The notes below the pieces were generated by a model, which was not told the DNA's origin, ran no database searches, and worked only from the letters and a program-made list of their open reading frames with translations. A stretch of 64,000 nucleotides of DNA from Pseudogymnoascus verrucosus (Eukaryota). This document shows positions 34,133 to 47,117 of the stretch, one piece after another. Both the position numbers and the translations under genes were made by a program. Location of the stretch: assembly GCA_001662655.1 (NCBI GenBank), contig KV460215.1, one strand, 5' to 3'. Position 1 is the stretch's first letter. The number at the start of each line of letters is the position of its first letter.

Positions 34133-36838
34133 TTACTCTGCACCCTTCTCCTTCTCCTTCTCCCCCTCCTTCTCCCCCTCCTTCTCCTTCTCCTTACTCT
34201 CTCCCTCCTTAACCTCCCCCCCAACCACCACCTCCGGCTCCTCAAAAACAACCTCAACATCCACCCCCTCCCCCGTCAACGGCCCAAACGCATCCACTTC
34301 CTCCACCTCCTCCTCCTCCTCCTCAATCGTGGTCTGCTCCCCGCTCCTCCTCCCCACCGCGCTCGTACTCCTACTATGCCCATGCCCATGCGGCTTCTCC
34401 GGCTGTCCAGGCTGGACATTCAGCATAGGGCCCTTAAACACGCTCCTCTTGCGCTTCGCGAACACCAATCCCCCCATCCCCTCCCTACCCCACTGCGCGC
34501 TCTCATTGAAGCTGCTCATAGGCGGGTTCCGCACTAGTCGCACGTTGGTGGGGAAGGATGTCGCGGTTGGCGTGGCGGGGAGGACTTTGACGGAGTGGTG
34601 GGGGCTGCGTGCGCCGATGGGGGTTTTGGAGACGGCGTCGGAGCCGTTGGAGGAGGTAGAGGAGGCTTTGGAGTGCGAGTGGCGGTGGCGGTGGATGCTG
34701 CGGATGCTGCTGACGGAGCTGCTTGTTGATTTGCGCCCGCGGAGACCGCTGGAGCCGCGGCGGAAGGTGGAGCGTGGCGTTAGGGGGGATGGGGAGAGGG
34801 AGTGTCGCTTGTTGGATGAGGAGCCGGTGTAGATCCGGGGCGGGGCTCCGTAGCCTTGTTTGCCGTTGGCGAGGGATGGTCCCAGTGAGGCAGAGTGGGG
34901 GGGATTGGGCCTGGAGTTGGGCGTTTTGGGACCTCCTACATTTGGCGACATCGAGGACTTCGGCACTAGATTAGGCGTTGACGTGCTAGCTTTGGCGTTT
35001 GGAGATCGTCCGCGCTTTGTAGATGTGATGAGCCACTGTTTCCAGTGCGTGAGCTGTGCCAGGAAGGGGTACTGATGTCGACGGCGAGGAGCCCGAATTG
35101 CAGTGTTAGGATGGAGGAGGTCGGGGTTGGAGGAAGTAACTAGCTGAAGTGTGCTGCCGCGGCTTCTTGCACCTCGTATCGTTCCCTCCTTGGGCGGCGG
35201 TATGGGTCTGCGGTGACGTGACGAGCTGACTGAGCGGACATTATCCTTTTCGATGGGTGGCGGTGGGTTGCTACCGAGTGGTGAGTTAAGCAGTGAATTC
35301 TCAGGCAGACCAGGAAGGTCTGTGAGAACAAGTTCGGGGTAATGCGCGCTTCTCCTTTCTTTCCTGCCTCGGCCTTTCGGAGGATCTGGTCGAAGGGTCG
35401 AATCTCCATCTTCTTCATCAACGTCTCTGAGTGTAGGTGCATGACGGCTGCTGGCAGCGCTCAGCCTTCGATTTGCTCGTATCTCGGCTTCTTTCTCTCT
35501 CCGCTTCTGCTCTCGCCGCCTGTGTTTGCGTTCTTCCTTCTCCAGGAGGAGAGTCCACCATCCGCTTAATGGATCACAGCGCTTGGCCAAGACATTCTCT
35601 ATAACATGGTCTATTTCCACGCCAGCACTTCGCATGCGCTCTAAGACCTCTTTTTCTAATGGAGTCGAGAATGGAGAAGGTTGCTGCAGCTTCAGAATGG
35701 CTTGTTGTTGCGGTGCATGCTCCGCCAAAAACGGATCCGCAAGGATATCCGACAGAGTTGGTCTCAGTAGCGGCCGCTTCGACAATAGCTTCCCTATAAG
35801 AGCTCGTGCTTCTTGTGGTAGGTGGTCTGGGTATTTCGGGTCGTCCTTTAAAATCTTGGCGCGCATAAGTTGTTCGTCGTCTTCATCGAACGGCAGTTCT
35901 CCGCATAGAACTGCATATAAAATCACACCCAAACTCCAGATATCGACCTTCTCTCCGGCATATTTCTCTCCCTTCAACATCTCCGGGGCGCTGTATGCAA
36001 CCGTTCCGCAGAACGTCTGCAGATAGCTTGATTTCCCCTCATATTCGCGTGTAAACCCAAAATCGCAAAGCTTCACGTTTTCGTTCTTGTCTAGTAATAT
36101 ATTTTCGAGCTTGAGGTCGCGGTGTACGCAAGAGAGGTTGTGAACGTATGAGACAGCTCCGACGAGCTGTGCGAATATCTTCTGCACCTTGTCGACAGGG
36201 AGAGCGCCTTCTTTCAGGAGGTAGTTATACAATTCATCGCCTGCGGGCACCATTAGCTCTCGATTCCTCGCCCAAGCAAGGCTGTATACATACCAGGACA
36301 GTATTCCAACACCAACCATACTAGGTTCTCCGTAACTATGACTTCATATAATCGCGCGATATGAGGATGTAAGAACTGTCGATGGTGGTGTATTTCGCGC
36401 GCCAGATTCGAGTCATCCTTCTTCGCAGACTTCAACACAACCTATCCCAAGATCAGTAACCCAGTCCACAAGGATCATGCAAGATATACACACCTTCGAG
36501 CCATTCGTAAGCTTATGCGAGGCCAAATAGACCTTCCCAAAGCTCCCCTTTCCAATCAGCCTCCCCAGCGTATAATTTCCCACCGAGCGCAAGTCCTTGG
36601 ATGAGAACTCCCTACACGTAAGTCAGCAGTGGACTCATACACGTCGATATTTCGGGTCCAACTAACTCCAACAGCTGCTGGTACGAGTTCGCAAGCTACA
36701 ATCGCAAGACGTCAGCACTCCGTTGTCGGAAATCGCGAGACGGCGGCGGCCACCGCCACCACTACCACCCCCCGAGGATAAATTACACACCTTAGCTTTC
36801 CGGCCCTGGGAGTCAGCCTTCAGCTTAGCCGCCTGCAT
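34133..36838 (-). CDS. CAMK-group Ser/Thr protein kinase, S. pombe Ppk16-like
   Basis: Four short introns in the 5' part join MQAAK..LANSYQQLLEEFSSKDLRSVGNYTLGRLIGKGSFGKVY..VVLK..LAREIHHHRQFLHPHI..LEYCPGDELY. Later motifs are HRDLKLEN, DFG, TFCGTVAYSAPE and DIWSLG, followed by a long S/R-rich tail. Confidence 0.92.
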
Positions 36839-37438
36839 ACCAACGATCACCGTCTGCGCCGCCTAAAAGATCCTGTAGACGCCTGCGCGAACATTCAAGC
36901 CGCGTCGCCAATGCGGAGATGAGCCGAATTGGGGGTTCCAGAGCGCGCGGTTCGAGGATGGGTTCGGCACAGGACTTTGTTGGGTCTGGAGATTGCGGGA
37001 GCGTGCGGGGAATATAATATTTTCTAGAAGGGGATCGAGGTGTGTCTCGGGCTCGTACACGATTTATTCAACACGGAAAACAAATATACAGAGGTCATAC
37101 ACGGGCCCGTTGGTCGTTCGAAAGTGGCTTTGGGCAGGGATCCAACCCATGTGGTACGGTCTTCAAATGATAGGAGGTTTGGGCATGGTCCGAGCGTCTA
37201 GTGCATTTTAACATTATCGCTCCCGTCACGCGAACCGCGATTACAGGACGCAAATGGTCGTCGTAATCCATGCTATCATTGGCATTTTATAAATAATTAG
37301 TATTTCATTACAACCATACAGCTTCATACACTTGTTTTCGTGCGAATGCTAGTCTGCAATGCGAATAACTCCTCGCTGGCCCAGTTGATATAACGTCTAT
37401 GTTTTCCTTGTTCCAAACGCCCCGCCCCCTGTTCTCCC

Positions 37439-39792
37439 TTAAGCCCGATACTCCCGTCGATTCCTGTGAGCCCTCCCTGGCCTCGCAGATGATGATATGA
37501 CAATTGGTTCGCGATTAGGTCCGAATCGGTTACTTAAAATCGGTGGATCCAAACGGTATTGGGCTCGCCGACGCGATCTCGAAGGTGCTTCGATCCTCCG
37601 AGGGGCATCCCTTTGGCCTTCGTAAAGTGGGCTTTCACGAGCTGTTGCGTCCCTCAAGTCAGATTGATGTTGTGCAAACATCATACTAATCCGGGGGTCA
37701 TACTCTTGTGCAGGTGATATTTGGGCAGGACCTCCTCGCCTACGCCGATTTCTTGGGGCTGGAGGAGCAGCAGGTTGCCCCAACCATATGTCGGGATGGG
37801 GCAAAAAATCGTCCGGAGCGTTGTGGCTTAATAGGTCAGGCTCTGGAACACTGCCCCTCATACTCGATTTCGCGTCCATTTCGATATCTCCGTCTTGATC
37901 AGTGGCCTCGTTCTCGTCGTCCGAGGCGTCGTATCCAGGAGCGGGCGAGGATGACCGTTCCTCGTCATGGTCTTCTGAATTTTCCTCGAGGCTTTGCTCC
38001 CTGGAACTTTGCGGTCCCGCGGAGATTCGCTCACGCTGCTTCTTTGCCCTCGATCCGCTACGTCTGTGAAACGGACATCTTTGTGCCTCTGGTTCGCCAG
38101 CGCGGCGAGATACCGCAGGTCCATCATTGCGGCTTGCTGCACCCTCATCATCGACGTCGTCCAATTCGTGGCGCCCAACTGTAGTTTCAGAGTCGCTGTT
38201 GTCCGAATGGTGGTCCACTCCAGAAAACGGTTCACCTTCGTCGTTTTCGCTATCATCACCATGGTCCAAGGGACTGTAACCGCCATTCCTAGCAGAGCTA
38301 TCGGATTCGTGCTCGTCGCCTATGCCAGGGTGATTTGCTGCCTCTGGCTCCCCTTGACCATCTCCAGAATCTGCTGAAACTTCGGAGTCTGAGTCCACTA
38401 CAATTGGTCGATTGGGCCGCCTTCTCCTTCCCTGTTGGCGCGGTCTCGACGACACCACTTCCTCTTCTTCCTCTTCCTCTTCTTCGTCCGAGTCGTCACT
38501 GTCGCTGTCGCTGTCTATAATTTGAGGCCTTGACCTGCGTCCAACTGCAGGAGAGCTGTCATCTGGCTCAATGAAGTCCATCATTGATGATGTTGTCTCG
38601 TCTCCGTCGCTTTCTTCTTCCTCGCTCTCGTCTGAATGCTCGCCTCTTCCGCGAGACTCTCGGGCTTCCAAATGCACGGGGTGAAGAAATTGATGATAAT
38701 GAGGGTGGTGATGGTGGTGGTGGTGGTGGTGACCTGGGTGATCTTCAAGGAGCTGGCGGACATCTTCAACTTGGACGGCCCCATCGAATGGATTGAACCA
38801 ACCCATCCCATCTCGAGGGTCGAAGCCATGGAAGAAGTCATCATCATCCATATCATCTTCAGCCTCCTGTGCATCTTCATCTTCATCCTCTTCATCATCC
38901 AAGTCGAACTCCATTTCTTCTAAGTCGCTGAAATCGTCTCGTATAGCCTCGTCCTCTCCCTCAAAGTCCACGCCGCAGTTTTCGCACAACGGACCCCCTG
39001 TAAATTCATGCCCACAGTGAGAGCAAACGTGCATACGGTCCGCTTCGTCGTAACGTATATTACCCAGCCGGGCAGTGCTGAAACAGCCCTTGAATAACCC
39101 TTCGTCGGAAATCCTGTCGGTCTCAACTGCCTGGTTTTCTTCCTTTCGCCTTTTGACGTGCTGTTCCGCACTTTCATCGGCTGGCATAAGCTCAACGCGA
39201 TTCACGAATATCTCCGCCAGTTGCTTGATCTATAGCAGATTGTTAGAAATATGCTAGACTTGAGAATTATATAACACATACCACGAATGCCGGAGCAGGC
39301 ATTGCCTTAACTGCACTTCGGCAATCTGGGCATGACTTGGACCGTCTATTTGGCAAAAACCAGTTGCACAGACACTAGGGAAGTTAGTTTAACGCATTCC
39401 ACGGAACCTATCCCAGCAACTTTGATATGAACTGGTCGTATTGAGAAGACATACACTATAACAATATGTATGCCCACATGCGAGCATCCACGGTTCGTAG
39501 AGAAGCTGGTCACAAATGGTGCAAGTGACGAGCGATTTTATATTGTCAAGGTCGGCCTTGAAGATATCTGCGAGCTATTAGGTGATATACGTTAATATAA
39601 ACACGTACACATATAGGTCGGGGGCAAAAGAGAGAGTCTCACCTCCATACTTGGTGCTATCTCCGTTGCGAACTTCGCTATCGCAACTGTTGACGTGCCT
39701 GCTGTGTCGACTGATTCTTGGACAACTAAGCTTCTTTCGGGAGTATCCAGTGAAATTACGCTCTCCCTACGGGAGGTCCTTGAGGGCGCCAT
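37439..39792 (-). CDS. RING-finger E3 ubiquitin ligase, Psh1-like
   Basis: The spliced C3HC4 RING reads TCTICDQLLYEPWMLACGHTYCYS|CLCNWF...SCPDCRS. A second zinc ribbon CSHCGHE...LCENCG and long acidic tracts follow, which is the Psh1 architecture. The ATG is at 39792. Confidence 0.82.
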
Positions 39793-40708
39793 AATGGCCG
39801 TGTATCGTTGAGGTAGGTGGGGGATGAAGTGTTGTTGATGTGAAGAAGACTGCGTCAAAAGTGAGGCTGCCAAATAAAAAGGGTCCCCTGATGCGTGCCT
39901 TGGGGGTCTAAGGCAACTTTTCGATTTTCTGAGCAAATGATCTATCGTAATGACAGTTTAAATGCTCATATATGTGGATAAAGAGCAGGTGTCAGCTTCG
40001 ACAAGCCCGTTGCTTAAAGGAGGCGAACATGAACAAGGGCATGACAGTAGTTTAGGTGCCGACAACCCAACGTCGAATTGCCCACCATTATCGCGTGAGT
40101 ACTAGCGCGAGATTTCTCCAAACACGCCTGTGGTGCGGATTTAAGGTTTTGACGCTATCCACATATAGCTTAATGTGATGCTTACATAAGATACTTACTC
40201 AACAGTGACACCCTTCCTATGAAACCACAGTGCAGGTAGTACTACGGGTAACTTTGCCCTTGAAAAGTCTCAGAGAGGGGGCAATATAAATTGAACTTCA
40301 TTTGGAAAATCATCGGTGAACTCCAGAGATTAATGTATATACTAGCAATTAAACTTGCACTGTAACAATCATACTTTGCTCCTAGCGATAATCCCCTTAT
40401 CACGATATAGTCCCGACTGCGCCGGAGCTGTCTTGTCAAGCTGCATCGGCTTAAAGCAGCACGCGAAGCGAAATAATTGCAGTGGCTCATAAACACAAAA
40501 CATTATGTGGTTTTTTTTCGCGTTTATAGCCTCTTCTCTATCCAAACCAATTTGGGGTCAACGAACCATCATATCACCGATCTCATATTCCTACATTCAA
40601 CTGCTACGAAAGCTTGCTGGCTTTCGTTCGAGAAGCGTATGGTGCACAGTGTTCCTCTCATAACATTTTGTGTTGTCTCGGTTGGCGTCGTCGGCGCAGC
40701 AGCCCAAA

Positions 40709-43700
40709 ATGGGGGCCTTCTTCCCGGACCCGCGCACGCAGCAGCATGTCCCTATATGCAATGCCATTGAGGCCGGGGACTTCAGGCAGGCGTTGAAGCT
40801 TGTAGAGAAACGCTTAGCTAAGACCAGTGACACGTACTTGGTGGTAAGTCACTTTCACTCATCTGGGCATCCAATGGGTCGCCGCTTTAAGACACCCAGT
40901 CACGTGCACAGTCCTCCTTGTTATACTTCCCCTACAAGCGGTGGACACAAGCCAACACAAGCTGTCTAAATACTTGTTGGCCTTGCCAGAGCTGACCTTG
41001 CTAGGCTTTGAGGTGCTTTATACAATCACAGCACGATCTGGCTGTTCACAGAAACACAGCATACATTCGCCTTGCAACCTTGAGCCAACCAGGTTGCAAG
41101 GAGATCATCTCAGATATTGATGAGCTGAATATTTATGAAGAAGCTGCCGCAGCCATGTTTCCTAACCAAGAAGAAAAGAAGGCAGCTGCTTTCACTTCGA
41201 AGATGCGTCTCGCAGCTGTGAGGGCAAACCCGAAGAAAGAGAAACTCGCCCAAGATTGCTTCCATGTTTGTGTCAAGCGTTCTGATTGGGATTACGCACA
41301 ACAGGTATGTTCAGATCGGAAGTATTTCATTGGTCATTATTTAACGTCCCTCATCATTTGCTCCAATGTTCTTCAGGATCTGTTGCAACAGATTTGCGTC
41401 CATGTTCTGAAGATCTGTTTCAAACACGCAATATCATCAACAGACTTTATACTAACCGAGTGTCAGATTGCCACTGTCCTTGAGAAGAACTTCCCGGGAA
41501 ACCATGAGTATCCTTTTTGGAAACTCACTGCTATCCTTACCTTCACTGTGAGTATTTATCTATCTACATATGGAAATCAATAGCTGACCTAATATAGGAA
41601 ACCCGTGAATGTGATCCACAGAAGAGACATATTCTGCTGACCGTGGCAAGCCGCATCATGCAGACATTTGCAGATGCCACCATCGAAGCAGCTGTATGTA
41701 CCAAACCACATCAGTCATCGTGTACAGTCCATGCTAACGAAGTTTAGGGGAAATCCCCTCTCCCGGTTAGGTCTCTGCAAACCCCACAGGAGCTTTTGCT
41801 ATTCCACAGAATATTGCAGGCCACCGGCCAGACTGCAGCTCGTTTGAAGGCTTATAAAGACCCATATATTGGAGTCTCTTCAAAGATTGCCAAAGGAGAA
41901 TGGGTTTTCAAAAGGGATCATGTTCTTCTATTGGAGGATGAAGGAGAATGGCAGGAACTGGTTGATGTCTGTAACGATCTATTGGAGGGAGCACAGTCAA
42001 CGACTACGGGAAAAATGATTGATGCTAGAGGCGCTGATTGGAAAGTGTGGGAGGCATTTATCACTGCGGCGATTGCCCTCCAAACCAAAGAGTAAGTCAA
42101 AGAAAGGACCGCTCGAGAGACCCTTATTATACCAATCATGCACTAATTTGGGCAGGTCTCACGACAAAGTTCGTGATCAACTCAAAGCGCATCTAGCTCC
42201 TACTTCGGGCCTCAACAAAACATACAAGCGAAACGCTTCATTAGCGAATCTATCTTTCTGCTTCGAATTGCAGAAAGACGGCGAAAATCGTACCTTTGTG
42301 ATCCCGTCAGGATCTCGTTTCCCTGGAATTGACCCTAGACAAGCCGCTCTTATGACGCACCTATCCCAATATGGACATACAGCTTCAGCATTTGGCGATG
42401 TGAAACGCTATGTCGAGACGTTTTCACAGGGAGAGATCGCGGAGTTATTTGGCAAGGGCATTCCTATTCTGGGCCTTCGCTTTCCCTGGGCTTGGGTGGA
42501 TGAAGTAGAAGATGTGGAAAAGCCCGATATTGCACCACGAGAAGAGGTAAGCATCACAAACTCGCAGTCGAAATATCAGTGATCGTATTAAAAGTGACTA
42601 GTTATCGGATGTTGGGCTGCGTACGTCCCATGTTACAATGCAGAAGTTGGAAATTTTCTACCACAATTGCAACCTTCCTCCTATCCCAAATGGGGCCGAC
42701 TACGAGTCTATCGCGTCTACTGTCGAGTCTAATGATGAGTACACTACTTGCACTTGGTGCGGAAACAAGCGTTATGTGTGGTGCGAGCGATGCCAGAAAG
42801 CAAACGTCATGAGGCTCGTCAGAGATTATTCCACCGCCATGAAGGGTTTCAATATCGGAGGACCATGGGTTGAAGGACGTCCCATTGGGATACCTAAGCA
42901 TTTGAAGCTACTTCCAACTGATACCCACCCCCTTGATGACATGGCTATTATGGCTGCAATTAGCCTTATCAAGTTAACAGCAACCCCGTATCCTCGATTC
43001 TGGGCCAAACCACATGACTTTGAAATGAGGCATGGCCATCAGCGTCTCATTCAAGCGGCGGCCTTACTCGAGTTTGCTCACTCCAAATCAGCTGCGAATA
43101 CTCAAATCCTACTGCTGCTGGTCAAACTGTACTCCATGATGGGTGCAGGCTCTCTTGCTTTGAGGGCTTACAACAAGTTGAACATTAAGCAGATTCAAGG
43201 CGATACGCTTGGATACATCATCTTTGACAGAATTTCTTCTCTTCATCCACACCCAGTTCAAGATGAGATCAACGGCACTGCTCAGACTCTCGATCCAGCG
43301 GCTAATATCGCCAGCGTTCAGCGCATGTACGGAAATGTCCGCGGCCAGATCAACAACAACTGCAAGAGATCATTTGAAGCTGGAAGCTACGATTCAGTTT
43401 GCCAACTCGTGAATGCCTCTGACAAGTTGTCCCGCAGCATCGGAACTGCGATAACCGTCATTGAGCTGCGCAAGATAGTGCGTATGACAGACCAAAATGC
43501 GGTTTTTACTAAGCAGAGCCAGGGATATGATTTGCTTCGTAAGTTTGAAGAAAGCCGACAGTACGGATTAAGCTAACGATAGACAGCATCTAACCCAATA
43601 GCCAACCAGTTTGCCAATAACTTGGATTACAAGTGCTACCCCGATTTCGAGACCTCTAGTTGCCCCCCAGTTGAAATGTGGCTACGCTTAGGGCCAGCAC

Positions 43701-44540
43701 CAAGTGTAGGTCTAACACTTATATCGTAGACTGAATACAAGCCTTGCTAACACTTAATAGGATTTCCGTGCCCGTAGTGCTTTGCTGGTGGATGAGCTCT
43801 GGATGCTTTTCCGCAACCAAACTGATGGCAAATCAAAAACCAACTCTGCTCTCAAATCTCTCGAGAGATCGCTCTCCGTTATGGAAAGCCTCAAGGTGAG
43901 AGTTGATATGACTGGACATGAAATATGCCAGCATGCCGTCGCGGTTGCCCTCACCCATTTCATCGTCACCACCTGCCTCGAGAACCCAAAGCACGACGTG
44001 ACCCGCAACAGGAGCGTACGCCATCCTGTTACAAACATCACCAAATTCATGGGGAATCTCAAGAATGTCTGCAAAATCGACCTCGGTGCCATAAGATACT
44101 ATCCCAGCTTCATCGGGACATTGCACCCGCTGTATCTCGCGCACGAGACGACATCGCTGATCATCGCGGCGGCTAAGTTCGTCAACAGCAAGTCGGTCGA
44201 GACTCATCCCAAGACCTGCGAGGTAATGGATGGCCTGGCTGTCCATGCTAGGGAGGTCCAGCAATTGGTGGTCGACACCGCTGAACAGGTCAAGGTGAAA
44301 ATGAATGGCGGAGGCTGGATCGACAGGGTCATGACTTGGTTGTGGGAGGAACCAGTAGGTGACCCAAATGTTGCGATTATGGACTGGTGGCACCCCAAGT
44401 TTGCCCATACACCAGGACGTTGGGTTGCGCAAGAGCTCGGCCAGGAGTTTTGTGAGTGGTGGGTCGGAGAGTTGGTCGACAGCTGGAAGGAGTCGGTCAT
44501 CGGACTGGCTGCTCTTCGGGTCGACGAGATTAAGAAGTGA
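40709..44540 (+). CDS. MDM20: NatB N-acetyltransferase auxiliary subunit (Mdm20/NAA25), multi-exon
   Basis: The N-terminus reads PICNAIEAGDFRQALKLVEKRLAK. Later segments are QQIATVLEKNFP, DWKVW, TASAFGDVKRYV and AAALLE..SAANTQILLLLVKLYSMMGAGSLALRAYNKLNIKQIQGDTLGY. There are numerous GT..AG introns. Confidence 0.85.
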
Positions 44541-44759
44541 GAGATTCTGTTTGAGCGAAGTCATGAGCATGGTTATGGCGCGGTGCATAGCGAACTGAGG
44601 AAAACGCATGGCTAGCAGATGGGACGCGTTTGAGAATGTATGTCTAGTTCTGATGCACAGATTTCACACCACTCCACGGATAGTGTATATCGGCGCCTGA
44701 AAGTAACAGACATTCAATTAAATTAACGTGACAATTTCGTATCATTCGTGACATGTGTC

Positions 44760-45339
44760 TTACAACCGATCATCCTCCTGCGCCCTCTTTTCCTGCGCCT
44801 TAGCCAGCATATCCCTCCGCTCCTCCCTCAACGTAGTCCAAATCCAGAACCACGTAATCATCTCCACGAACGCCCACGTAAACAAAACTCTGTTCTTCAA
44901 GCCCTCGCCCCACGAGCTCGTTATATACCCGGACGTCTTATACATTGGCGACTTTGCGGAAAACAGGTAGCTATAGCCTGCCAAGGCGAAGAAGAGGACG
45001 AGACGGATGGGTGCTTGGGATGACCAGTAGTGGTTTGCGATTTCTTCGGGTTGGGAGACGGCGATGAGGTCGCTGAAGCCCCAGATGGCCAGTACAACTC
45101 CGAGGAAAGCGAGTGGCGGAGATGGAGAGTCGAACGCGCGAACGTGAGGCTAGAAGGGACATCAGTGGTGGCGCATAATAAGAAGGTGAGATGCGACGCA
45201 CAAGGCCCATAGCTTCACCCATGATAAAAACGAGTGTTTGGTCAGCCACGGTATGAGGCGACGTGAGGAAGAAGAATCCCAGGGTGATATGAAACAGGCA
45301 TATTGAGCGGATGATGGTGCCCGCGTTGATGAGAGCCAT
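44760..45339 (-). CDS. ILM1: Ilm1-family membrane protein (increased loss of mtDNA)
   Basis: Intron 45150-45201. The N-terminus is MALINAGTIIRSICLFHITLGFFFL..VFIMGEAMGL and the C-terminus LKNRVLFTWAFVEMITWFWIWTTLREER. Confidence 0.85.
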
Positions 45340-45658
45340 CGTAACTAGCTAGCAGTATTTTTCTGAGCGCGCGCGCACAAAATGGATATACGACGAGGCA
45401 GTAGATGATGAGAACAAGAGTTGAAGATCAAGCGATAAATGTTTGACACGGTTTCATTGTTGGCATGCGAGCTGCCGACCGGAAATGTTTGAGGCAGCGA
45501 CGATAAGGTAAGCAAACCCTTGCTCAGATCGGGCTTTTAGGCGTAGAGTTTATCCGTGCCGGGGTCGGCAGCTGCCATAGCGCACAGTCCGTGCATTCGG
45601 CTACGACGTCAGGTATTGGGTGAGCCAAGTGGTGATATCACGACTTGCTATTCACTCC

Positions 45659-46884
45659 ATGGTTAAAATGCAGTTCTCAGCAGTTTTTACGAGGGCGGCT
45701 TTGGCAAAAGTTTTCCTTGCTAGCTATGCCGTCTCAGCGCTCTCAATTAGCCCGCAAATGCCACTATATAACACAGACTCTGAAGATGAATCCTCCTCGC
45801 TCGTGGGCCTCTTGCTCCTCCACAAGTCCCTGGTTGAGATCCCCTCCATCAGTGGCGCAGAACATAATGTTGCCAAATGGCTGGCATCCTATCTAGAAGG
45901 AGAAGGCTTCACAGTCGAATCCCAAGTTGTGTCTACAGATCCACCACGAGAGAACATATTCGCATATATCGGCTCGGAACGCCATACACGGACGCTGATA
46001 ACGTCGCACATCGATACAGTTCCTCCATACTGGCCGTATGAACGCCGTGGTGACGAGATATGGGGGCGTGGCACCGTCGACGCAAAAGGCGCTGTTGCCG
46101 CACAAATCAAGGCCGTAGAAGCACTGCGTGACTCCAAGTCGATCTCCGAAGGCGATGTGGGTATGATGTTTGTGGTTGGTGAAGAGGTGAACGGCGCAGG
46201 AATGCTGAAGGTCAACGAACTGGGTCTCTCTTGGGAGACTGTCATTTTCGGCGAGCCAACAGAGCTCAAGCTTGCTAGCGGGCACAAAGGAATCTTGAAA
46301 TTTCGCATCGACGCCCACGGCAAAGGCGGTCACTCAGGATATCCTGAGGTCGGGCGGAATGCAAACGACATGTTAGTTCCTGCCCTGGCGGAACTGGCGA
46401 ACATTGATTGGCCGCGGAGTGAGAGATTCGGTAACACCACATACAACATAGGTCGTATGGAAGGGGGGGTGGCGGACAACGTTATTGCCGCTGACGCATA
46501 CGCGCTCGTGTCTGTACGTGTAGCAGACGGTGACCCTGAAGTATTGGAGAGGGCCATCAGTGACGCCTTGCTCGCTGTCGCGCCGGACCTGAAAATCACG
46601 ATGGCCCCCGGAGGCTATGGGCCAGTACCAATTAACCATGATGTTGAAGGTAAGCAGAGGTGTTAGCAAATGTGGAGCGACTGCTAATGAAGATGGCAGG
46701 CTTTGAGTCGATGGTCGTCAACTATGGAACTGATATCTTGCACCTGGATGGTGGTCACAAACGGTATCTGTACGGTCCTGGAAGTATCCTCCTGGCGCAC
46801 TCAGATCATGAACACCTGAAGATCTCTGACTTGGAAGAAGCAGTGGAAGGATATAAGAAGCTTTTGTTAGCTTCGCTAGACTAG
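45659..46884 (+). CDS. M20-family metallopeptidase / ArgE-like deacylase with a signal peptide
   Basis: Motifs are LVEIPSISGAE, SHIDTV, GRGTVDAKG, VGEEV, IFGEPT, GHSGYP, YGTD, GPGSILLAHSDHEH. Intron 46650-46699. The start is 45659 or 45668. Confidence 0.9.
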
Positions 46885-47117
46885 AATAATTTTAGATAGA
46901 ATTATATACCCATTTATGTAGCGCGGGACCCTTTATCACCTCATTACTATAAATGTCACGTGTTTTGAGGTTCGAATGAGTAAACTTCAATCAGAGTCAT
47001 AGAATCGCCTCATCCAGGTCAAAAATGCTCTGATTGCCTCCAAATGCGCATAAATGATCAGCCAGCGTCTAATATCGTTGACCTGGTCTTGCCGCCTCTG
47101 TTTCAGCCCTCAAACTA

